This document shows, in pieces, positions 1 to 9,898 of a stretch of 60,301 bases of DNA. Numbering within the stretch: the stretch's first letter is position 1; every line of letters begins with the position of its first letter. The DNA lies in assembly GCF_004010195.1 (NCBI RefSeq), contig NC_057751.1, forward strand, positions 637,248-697,548, in the 5' to 3' direction. This DNA is from Chiloscyllium plagiosum. Taxonomy: Eukaryota. Below the pieces are notes generated by a model. The model ran no database searches. It was not told the DNA's origin and worked only from the letters and a program-made list of their open reading frames with translations. Position numbers and translations under genes: made by a program.

Positions 1-484
1 GCCACACTTTCCAGGCAAACGCAGCTCTATTCTGTCTCACATTTGTTGTTTTGAAGTCCCAGAATGTCCTGTTAGCTTGGTTGAGGGAGTCCCATTCAAT
101 GGTGTTGAACTAAAATGACAGTTCAGGCTGTTATCTGAACAGATACAGGGGATCATTATGTTAACAGTGGCAGACAGAGGCCAGAGGAGGCCATGTTCAC
201 TCTGGCCAGTGATTGCTGTAGCTATCAGATCCATATGGTCAAGACCTGCCAGGAGACCACTTCACAAGGTTTCACCCAATTGTTGTGTGTTCAACCTTGC
301 AGTATATAAGTTGACTGCTTCGGCTCTTACATTACCACCGCAAGTCCAATGTTTCTGCTAAGCTGTGCACATTCAGGGCCACACACAACAAAATTAAGAT
401 GCCAGATAAGTTGGCATGCCATATGCATTGAACCTTTGAGGGAATGTTGATAATTACCTTTTAGTGTTATAATGTCAAGGTTGA

Positions 485-1285
485 GACACAGTCACTGAGT
501 CTTACAGCACAAAAGGTGATCCCTTTGGCCCATCATGACCACAATGTTCATCAAACACCAATCTACTCTAATCCCATTTCCTCGCATTTAGTCCATAGCC
601 TTGTATGTTTTCGCTTTTTAAGTATTCATCTAAACATTTCTAACGTTTCTGCCTTCACCAGTCTTTCAGGCAATGAGATCCAGTTACCCACTGTCCTCTG
701 GGTGAAAATTCTTTACCTTGAATTCCGTCCAAAAGTCCTGCCCTTACTTTCAACCTATGCTTCCTAGTTTTGGCCTCCCCTACCCTGGGAAAAAGACTCT
801 GGCCTATTCACTCCACCCATGCCCCTCATGATTTTATAAACCTCTATAAGGTCACCCCTCAGCCTCCAATACTTCAGGGAAAATAGCGCCAGCCCATTCA
901 GCCTCTCCCTATAGCTCAAATTCTCCAACTCTGGCAACATCTTTGTAAATCTTTTCTGCACCCTCTCAAGTTTGACAATATTTTTCCTGCAGAAGGGCAA
1001 CCAGAATTGTATGTAGTATTCTAAAGTGGCTTCATCAATGTCCTGTACAGCCACAACATGACATCCCAACTCCTGTACTCAATGTTCTGACCAAAGAAGG
1101 TAAGCGTGCCAAATGCCTTCTTCACCACCCTGTCTACCTGCAACTCTATTTTTAAGGAACTATGCACCTGCATCCCTAGGTTCTCTGTCCGGCAACATTC
1201 CCCAGTGCTCTTTCATTAACTGAATAAGTCCTGCCCTGGTTTGCCTTACGAAAATGCACCATCTCACATTTATCTAAATTGAACT
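485..1285 (-). mobile_element. CR1 LINE 3' fragments
   Basis: ORF 764-1069: [36 protein letters not shown]. Confidence 0.88.
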
Positions 1286-1789
1286 CCAGTCGTAAAACAC
1301 CCTTTGACCAGCACTCTCAGCCTCCTGCCATGAAGCCAATTTTGAGTTGTGCAGATTTTTCATTGACAAGAGAGTTAAGGTTTGTTATAGTTAGACAGAA
1401 GTGTGAAGCTGAGACCACAACCAGATTGCAAATGAACCTGCTGACAGAATGTATGCCATAAAACACTCAGATTGTCCAGCACAAACCTCACCAATGAAAG
1501 ATCAGCCTGATTTTCCTAGACTTCAAAATCTCAGTTTCTTTCAGAATCACTGGAACTAAATAGAGGCTTGGAACAGAAGTGGACTTTCACCTGGCGAGTT
1601 AATCATAAATTGTTATGGTGAAAGAAGATTCGTCACATGATTTGCTTGTTGATCGCCTGCCCCCATCCAGCTTAAAGCAATACCCATATCTTTCTTTGAC
1701 CATCTCCTTAGTGACTGCTTGCAGCCTCTCTGACAGATTCCCAATTCCCATAGATTGTAGTACATAATTTTCTGTCACGCAACCATCCC

Positions 1790-2753
1790 ACATTCCCCAC
1801 AGTGCACACTCAATCCACACACTTCCTTGTCTCCATCCATTGTTATCATCCATAATCCTCAACAATGGAGCCCCCCCGCCCCAAGGATGTGCTCCCAGCC
1901 CCCTACTGTCCTCCCAAAACTGTACAGCTAAATTCCAAACAAACTTCACCTTCAAGTTTGCTGATGACACCACATGGTAGATTGGATATCAAACAATGAT
2001 GAGTCAGAATATAGGAAACAGATAGAGGGCTTGGTGTGATGCAATGATGGAAACCTCTCTCTCTCAATGTTGGCAAAACAAAGGAACTGATCATTGACTT
2101 CAGAAAGAAAAGATGAGAACACGCTCCCATCTACATCAACAGAGCGGAGGTTCAGGGGGTGGAGAGCATCAGGTTCCGAGGAGTGATGATAACCAACAAT
2201 CTGACCAGGCCTTTCCACGTCGATACGACGGTCAAGAAGGCACAACTTCTTCCTCTTCTTCCTCAGGTGGCTCAGGAAACTTGGCATGTCCATCAGGACC
2301 CCTGTCAACATTCAGAGACACACCGTGGAAAGCATACTGTCCATGTACATAACGGCCTGCTACAGCAACTGATCTGCCCAGGACCGTAAGAAACTACAGA
2401 AGGCGGTGTGCACAGCCCAGACCATCACGGAAGCCCACCTTCCACCCATGGCCTCCATTTACACGGCTCACTGCTGCAGAAAGGCTGCCAACATCAGCAA
2501 AGACTCATTACACCCGAGTAATTTCTCCTACAACCTCTTCCATCAGGCAAAAGGTATAGAAGCTTGAACCCACACCAATAGGTTCAGGAACAGCTTCTTC
2601 TCTGCCGTTATTAGACTGCTGAATGGACTCTTTCATTTTAAATAATGTTCACCTCGTTAATGTTGATCTTGCATTGTGACCTCCCTGTGCAGTGTAACCT
2701 GTATGCCTCACTCTGTCTGAGCACCCTCTGATCTCTATGTCCTTGCTTCCTAT
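1790..2753 (+). mobile_element. Non-LTR retrotransposon (Rex1/Babar- or L2-like) RT 3' part; tail resumes 3532-3612 after LTR insertion
   Basis: AAGTTTGCTGATGACACC (KFADDT), NNDESEYR and KTKELIIDFRK in degenerate frames. (AAATC)-like tail after 3595. Confidence 0.8.
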
Positions 2754-3531
2754 TGTTGCCAGGTTGAGTGCATGTCTGGTCACTTTAAGATAGAAAGTGC
2801 TTTTCTGAATTTAAAATACAGCCACAGCTGCCAGCTAAAGGTTGGGATGTTCCAAATATAACATTTGGCTGTTCAATGGATACCTGAGGTTTAGTTGTTG
2901 TATTGACAACAATTTGAATTTAACCAATTCGTTTATATTATGCCCAGCATACCAGAAGTCAATGGAATTTGAATTTTATTGTTTCAACACCTAGAAACCA
3001 ATCAAATTATAAACCCGGTATTTTGAACATTAGAGGGAGAGCAACTGCTATCGAACAGTGAACAACTGCTGGAGAGTCGGTGAGCTAACTGTCCATTGAA
3101 CATCTCGCTCTCAAAGAAATGAGAAAACACTCCTATCAAAGATACCTTTTGATGTGCAATGTACTCACAGTAAAAAGAAAGAAGATGACCCAGGGAGATC
3201 AGCAGCCGGAAGACGGAAGACAGCGAGGAAGCCAGAGACTGTGTGGTTTTGAGGTTTGTTAAATGTAATGTTTAGTAAGTGTGTTATTGGAACAGTATAT
3301 TATCTTTATAGAGTTGGAATCAGATAGTAAGTAGTTAAGAAAAGTGGGGCTTGAATTTGTAAATAGTTGTTGTTTAGTGTTCACTATTAGAGTTAAGAAA
3401 ATAAATTTTTCTTTAAACAGTGGAATTTAGGAGTTCTCTGTCACCTGTATTTTAACAAATTATGAGGTAAGGCGAGCTTTTCTGGGTGTCTGGTTTAATT
3501 AACAGAGGGGTTCGACCTCCACATCATAATA
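2754..3531 (+). mobile_element. Solo LTR (Gypsy-like), related to 6473-7544 and 34539-35283
   Basis: TGTT...AATA ends, CTAT/CTAA 4-bp TSD-like flanks, interrupts a LINE tail. Its reverse complement is similar to 34539-35283. Confidence 0.7.
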
Positions 3532-3942
3532 CTAAAATCTGCCTGTAATGCTAGCAAACAAAGCTTGTCATTGTACTTAGGTACACGTGACTACAATAAA
3601 TCACATCAAATCATTGACTGGAAGATCAACAAACTTCTCGATACTGGACTGGATGATTGCTGACTGTCAATCAAATGGTAATTTTTCACTTGCCTCAATA
3701 TTTTTAGAGCGAATAAATACATGCATTTCAAAGCAAATAAAACAAGATACAATTTTTTTGAAGACCTATGACATTTCTTCAGGTCTTGCCGTCTGCAGCA
3801 TCCTACACACAGCATCCATTAGGCAGAAGATACAGAAGCTTGAACACACGAACTAAAAGGTTCAAGAACAGCTTCTTCCCTGCCATTATTAGACTAATGA
3901 ATGGACATCCTAACTTCAAGTAATGTTCATCTCATTACTGTT

Positions 3943-4402
3943 TGTTAGAAACGAAAATCGCTTCTCAATAATCGCTCTAGACAAATTCAGGAAAACAAAG
4001 TTTTATTAGCAAGTCTGCAGAGTTGGGCACCCTTCTGAGAAAAAGGCGCCCCAGGCTAACAATGTTTCTGATTAAATACAGTACAAGTCCCTCCCCTCTA
4101 TAGCTCTAAAGAGTCACGAGGTTCACATTCTCACAAAGTCTGCAACAGTTTCCCGAGTTGTTTTTCTACCCTGTAGTCTTATCAGTCAAGGACTTATTCT
4201 TCTCTGTCAGAGTTAGTGGTCTTATCAATCAAGGACTTGTTTTTCTACTCTGTCTATGTGAGTGGTCTTATCAATCCGTAGCAGCAGATGTCTCGTCCTT
4301 TATTATAGAGAAGCATGTTTTACCCTACCCCTATGGCTCTATTCCCCTTACACTTTGGGGTCATGCACATCTCAATTGTTTGTACCGAAATCGTCTCTCA
4401 CA
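3943..4402 (-). mobile_element. Solo LTR with 5-bp TSD (ERV-, BEL- or Copia-like)
   Basis: TG...CA ends flanked by CTGTT (3938-3942 and 4403-4407). Minus-strand AATAAA near 4002-4007. Interrupts a LINE 3' UTR. Confidence 0.75.
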
Positions 4403-4536
4403 CTGTTGATCTTGCTTTACATATCTCCTGTGTAGTGGAACCTGCATGCCTCAGACAGTCTAAACACGCTATGATCTGTATGGTCCTTGCTTATTATGAT
4501 CTGCCTGTACCACTCGCAAACAAAAGTGTTTCATTG

Positions 4537-5098
4537 TGTTATGGACCAGACCAGACCCCCTCAAAACATTTCAAGAAAGTTATCCAGACCCGAACTTTGC
4601 AAGTTGTTTGAAGCAGGTGTGATGCAGCTGACGCAAACACTCAGTTTCAAACAAAACAGAATGTATTTCACAAATAAACAAAAGAAAACTGAATTTAGAA
4701 TAACTATTTGAAAATCCAGTTGACTCTATTGCAACCCAATGATGCTGTTCCAAATACTTGCAACATCCCCCTAAACACCCCCGTGGCAAATAAAGGTAAA
4801 ACCAAGTACAGGTTATTACCGGAGAGATGCCAGAGAGAGAAAGGATCAGCACAGAGCTGTTTCTTTGACCAGCAGCCTCAAAAACTGACTGCTTGCTAAA
4901 ACCAAACCAAACCAAACCCTGAACTGGGAGAACTGGCCACTCCCCTTTCATTGCACCAGTGTTTTAAAAGAAGGACTGAAAAACATTCACAAGCAGGTCA
5001 TAGAGTAAACCCAGACATATTAGAACCTCTGACTTTATGATCACCTGAATAAAAAAACAAGGAAAACATAACCTTGTTAAAGGAGCAGCATCACCACG
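4537..5098 (-). mobile_element. Solo LTR-like element (a related partial copy at ~44047-44496)
   Basis: Starts TGTTATGG where the LINE tail stops and shares blocks (..CCACTCCCCTTTCATT..) with 44047-44496. 3' end approximate. Confidence 0.55.
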
Positions 5099-6472
5099 AA
5101 CTCTCGTACAGTCAGTTCTTCAAGAATGCAATGGTTGTGTTCTTGTGCAACTCCACGTGATAGAAAAACTGTGCTTGAGAAACCAACACACATTTTAGCA
5201 ATTCGCACTGTAAAAACAGTGTCCCCAATTTGTCAGTTGCATTACAGCAAATTTGCATTGATGAAACACACGTTATAAAGGGACCTGTACATTCCAATGA
5301 GATTGGCTTCCATTCTCTAAACCTGAGAGAGTATATACACAATTTACTGAGTCTCTCACCTTAGTACAATATCTGTAAAGAACAGGCAGAGGAGATTTAC
5401 AGAAGGTCAATCTTGTCTGATCTTGCTAAATAAGTTAATCAATGAAAGAACTGAGAGAGTTAATGAAGTGAATTCAGGCGATGTACATAAACAAACTTAC
5501 AAAAGGCATTGGATAAATTAAACCTATAACAGATCGATTCATAAAATAGAAATATATTGGCACAGAATGAGTGAAGTGCTGAGTGCCAAAGAGTGGCATT
5601 GACTGGATGGCATTCCAATTGTCAAGAAAGGATGTAGTTGAGTTTCCCAGCGATGAGTATTAAGTTTATTGTTTTTCTGATTGCATTTATGTGGCCTGAA
5701 GTTGAATATTTGTGGTCTGATAAAATCTCGGTGAAATAGTTAATATTGAACAAGACAGTTTGACACAGACCAGTGAAAGGGCAGATGCATGCCAAATGCA
5801 TTTTAGCAAAATTAAATCTGAAGTGATACTTTGTGGAAGGAAAAACATGGTTATATTCAAGCAGAAACAGAATAATGTAGACATGTAGATTCATCATTCC
5901 TTGAAGATGCAGGACAAGTTCATAAAACATTTAAGAAAATTTATTCAACTGAAAATAAATAGGCACATCAGGTGAAAGGATAGGCTAACAGAGTTACAGT
6001 GACAGACATTTAAGAGGATATTTTTGAATACACTGAATAGATTGATTCCAACAAGTAAGAAAAATTTCAGGGGCATGCCCATCATCCATGATGTAATTAG
6101 AAATGTTAAAAATTATATCAAACGAACAAAAAATACATTAATATATGAAGACAGGCAGTAGGTTAGAAACAAAAACAGAGGTTCTGAGGAAAGGTCACTT
6201 GATCTGAAATGTTAACTCTGATTTCTCTCCACAAATGCTGCCGGACCTGTTAAGCTTTTAAAGCAATCTCTATTTTTGTTTCTGATTTCCAGCATCTTCA
6301 GTTCTTTACATTTTCATTTAGCAGCTTATAAGATTGGAAAGAACTTAAAAAAAAAGCACAAAATATGACATAGCCTAATAAGAACTGAAAAGCTGAGCAT
6401 GAGAGAAAGCTAGAGAAATATAAAAAGATTGTAAGTGTTTTTTTAAACATTCTGTAAATGTTCTTACAAGAG

Positions 6473-7544
6473 TGTTGTGAAGATGTAGGTGATCTATATC
6501 TTTGAAGAGAGTTAAAAGCTAGCAGTGACAGCACCAAGTGTTCTCAATAAGACACAATGTAACATGTGTTTCAACTACTGGGGTAGTTAGTTGACTGGAA
6601 ACGACAAAAAAAATTCGAATTAGGCCAATCAGTTTAAATTATTCCCCCCAAAATACCAATTTCCAATCCAGTTTGAATTGAGTATATTGATAATCTTAAA
6701 AGCCAATGACATAATCCGATGCTCTGGGGCATAAAACTGAGAAAAATTGAACAGTTGAGAGGAGAATTGCCAAGCTGAAAAATGTGTTGCTGGAAAAGCG
6801 CAGCAGGTCAGGCAGCATCAAAGGAACAGGAGAATCGACGTTTCGGGCATAAGCTCTTCTTCAGGAATGAGGAGGGTGTGCCAAGCAGGCTAAGATAAAA
6901 GGTAGGGAGGAGGGACTTGGGGGAGGGGCATTGAGAATGTGATAGGTGGAAGGAGGTTAAGGTGAGGGTGATAGGCCGGAGAGAGAGTGGGGGCGGAGAG
7001 GTCGGGAAGAAGATTGCAGGTCAAGAAGGTGGTGCTGAGTCCGAGGGTTGGGACTGAGATAAGGTGGGAGGGGAAATGAGGAAGCTGGAGAAATCTGCAT
7101 TCATCCCTTGTGGTTGGAGGAGAATTGTCAAGCCTAGTATGTAAACAGACTGCCTGAAAAATAGCTCTCTTAAAAGGTACCATTTTCGACCAATAACCTG
7201 CGAAGCAGAAATCCCTAAGAAGAAGAAAAGAAGACACAGGACGATCCAAATAGAAGAACTGAAAGCTGCCTGGTTTTGAGATAATAAATCTTGTTTAGGT
7301 AATCTTAATTGGGAGTTTTATCAGACTAGTATTATAGAAGGGAAGGTAAAAGATAGGTTAGAGTAAGGACTTGTGCATAGTTGTAAGTTAATTATCCTCT
7401 GTTATACTTTAAGAAATAAGGTTGTTAATTTTTACTTTAAATAGTTCTTGGCCACTCAAATTTTTAAAGATTGCTGCACGGGATAAATCTTTCCTGTGTT
7501 GCTGGTTTTAAATTAATCAGGAGAGTTTACCCCGTGTCGTGACA
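6473..7544 (+). mobile_element. Solo LTR (Gypsy-like) containing a Penelope-like insertion (6776-7115)
   Basis: TGTTGTGA...TCGTGACA with perfect AGAG TSD (6469-6472, 7545-7548). Inner insertion flanked by GAGGAGAATTG(C/T)CAAGC duplication. Confidence 0.8.
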
Positions 7545-7807
7545 AGAGTGAACAAAGTGATCAATGGTCCTATGGAAAGGAGAGCTTGGAGAGTTCATAG
7601 CGGAATATGAAGAGCTGACAAATTTAATCGAACAGGTATTTTACATCAGTTTTCACGAAACACAAGGTCCCTGATTGACGAATGTCTAATATACAAAAGC
7701 TTGTACTTACAAGTGCAATCCCGTACAGGGGTGTAATTTTAAAGCCCCGACATATGAAAATTTCCAGTTTTTATGAACAATTCCTTTACATTGGCCTGCA
7801 TTTAAGG

Positions 7808-8012
7808 GGAAGGCAATGGCCTAGTGGTATTATCGCTAAACTATGAATCCAAAAACTCTGCTAATACTCTGGGGACCTGGGTCAAAATCTTGCCATGGCA
7901 GATGGTAGATCTGAACTCAATAAAAATCTGGAATTAAGAGTCTAATGATGACCATGAATCGATTGTTGGGAAAAAACTGCCTGGTTCACTAATGCCCTTT
8001 AGGGAAGGAAAT
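7808..8012 (+). mobile_element. tRNA-derived SINE, 5' part (split by the CR1/5S block; continues at 12465-12580)
   Basis: TGGCCTAGTGG A-box-like head. Ends GGAAGGAAAT and resumes AAATCTGTCATCCTTACCTGGTCT at 12465. The same junction is contiguous in the minus-strand copy at ~53090-53160. Confidence 0.8.
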
Positions 8013-9257
8013 AGACAATAGACAATAGACATAGGTGCAGGAGTAGGCCATTCTGCCATTCGAGCCTGCACCGACATTCAATATGATCATGGCTGATCAT
8101 CCTCAATCAGTATCCTGTTCCTGCCTTATCTCCATAACCCTTGATACCACTATCCTTGAGAGCTCGATCCAACTCTTTCTTAAATGAATCCAGAGACTGG
8201 GCCTCCACTGCCCTCTGGGGCAGAGCATTCCACACACCCACCACTCTCTGGGTGAAGAAGTTTCTCCTCATCTCTGTCCTAAATGGCCTACCCCTTATTT
8301 TTAAGCTGTGTCCTCTGGTTTGGGACACACCCATCAGCGGAAACATGTTTCCTGACTCCATAGTGTTGAAAATGTGTTGCTGGAAAAGCGCAGCAGGTCA
8401 GACAGCATCCAAGGAGCAGGAGAATCGACGTTTCGGGCATGAGCCCTTCTTCAGGAATCAGGCTCATGCCCGAAACATCGATTCTTCTGCTCCTTGGATG
8501 CTGCCTGACCTCCTGCGCTTTTCCAGCAACACATTTTCAGCTCTGATCTCCAGCATCGGCAGTCCTCACTTTCTCCCTGACTCCATAGTGTCCAATCCTT
8601 TAATAATCTTATACGTCTCAATCAGATACCCCTCAGTCCCCTAAACTCAAGGGTATACAAGCCCAGTCACTCCAATCTTTCAACATAAGATAGTCCCGCC
8701 ATGCCAGGAATTGACCTTGTGAACCTATGCTGCACTCCCTCAATAGCCAGAATGTCCTTCCTCAAATTTGGAGACCAGAACTGCACACAATATTCCAGGT
8801 GCGGTCTCACCAGGGCCCTGTACAGCTGCAGAAGAACCTCTTTGCTTCTATACTCAATCCCTCTTGTTATGAAGGCCAGCATGCTATTAGCCTTCTTCAC
8901 TACCTGCTGTACATGCATGCTTACCTTCATTGACTGGTGTACAAGAACACCAAGATCTCTCTGTACTGCCCCTTTACATAAATCGATTCCATTGAGGTAG
9001 TAATCTGCCGTCCTGTTCTTGCCACCAAAGTGGATAACCACACATTTATCCACATTAAACTGCATCTGACCACTCATCTAACCTGTCCAGGTCACCCTGT
9101 AATCTCCTAACATCATCCTCACATTTCACCCTGCCACCCAGCTGATGAAATTTGCGAATGTTATTGCTAATACCATCTTGTATATCCTGAAGATAGATTG
9201 TAAAAAGCTGCGGTCCCAGTACTGATCCGTGCGGTACCCCACTGGTCAGTGCCCGGC
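8013..9257 (-). mobile_element. CR1 LINE, 5'-truncated (RT C-terminal half and 3' UTR with (TATTGTC)n tail)
   Basis: Minus-strand translations [54 protein letters not shown]. Confidence 0.92.
8366..8575. mobile_element. Penelope-like mini-insertion (inverted pseudo-LTR hairpin)
   Basis: Inverted repeat of the TGAAAATGTGTTGCTGGAAAAGCGCAGC unit, TSD CCTGACTCCATAGTG. Confidence 0.85.
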
Positions 9258-9554
9258 ATTCCGAAATGGAGGGGTGGAGGAGTGTGGAAGGATGAGAGAA
9301 TGCAGGCTGCGGCCCTATGAAGCAGGGGGAGGGCTTGCAGTTGGCCTGTGTGGGGATGTGGGAGACTACAGGAGCCTGGTGGGCAAGGGCTGGCTGAAAG
9401 GCAGCGGGAGGGACGGAGGGAGGGAAGCACGCACGGAGGAGGAAGAGCAAAGAGAAAAGAGAAAAAAAAGCCAAAGGGGATAAAGAGAAAGAGCAACAAA
9501 GAAAATGTGGCTGGCCAGCACGCCTTGAAGTAGGGAGAAAAGGCAGGGGCCAGC

Positions 9555-9674
9555 GCCTACGGCCATACTAGTCTGAAAACGCCCGATCACGTCTGATCTC
9601 GGAAGCTAAGCAGACACAGGCCTGGTTAGTACTTGGATGGGAGACCGCCTGGGAATACCAGGTGCAGTAGGCTT
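9555..9674 (+). rRNA. 5S rRNA gene (single dispersed copy, full length)
   Basis: GCCTACGGCCATAC...GTAGGCTT, 120 nt. Box A AGCTAAGC at +50, box C TTGGATGGGAGACCGCCTGGGAATAC, terminal helix GCCTAC/GTAGGC. Confidence 0.95.
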
Positions 9675-9677
9675 TTT
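9673..9677 (+). terminator. Pol III terminator (T5) of 5S gene
   Basis: TTTTT at the 5S 3' end. Confidence 0.8.
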
Positions 9678-9898
9678 CCGCCAGCAGTGGCTGCTCAAGT
9701 CACCCCTCTGCACTTGTCTTGTGCCAGGCAATGGAGCGGCAGGTTATTTTTGCTGCTGCTGCTGTGCCTGGCATCAGTCTCCTGCAGGCACGAGACACGG
9801 AGGGGAGGAGAGCGGAGCGCTGCCAAAATCAGCAAGAAAGGCGGAAAGAAAGGGATTGGGGCTGCACGCTGTCTGCGGGTGGCAGACAGGAAAGGCGG

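Larger units (their letters stand above)
9258..9898 (+). other. 5S rDNA repeat-unit fragment (gene plus GC/purine-rich spacer on both sides, with (GCT)n tract)
   Basis: CpG- and purine-rich sequence, unlike the AT-rich surroundings, flanks the 5S gene and is bounded abruptly by CR1 sequence at both ends. Confidence 0.7.

Noticed and set aside
37..361. Short ORFs and a minus-strand donor-like site at the window start; similarly ORF 5112-5342
   Set aside because: No recognisable homology or exon chain; a neighbouring gene or lncRNA cannot be excluded but is unsupported
8366..8575. Recurrent ORF peptides [22 protein letters not shown] / MPETSILL
   Set aside because: Translations of the Penelope repeat unit, not a gene family; the dispersed copies are not a CRISPR array
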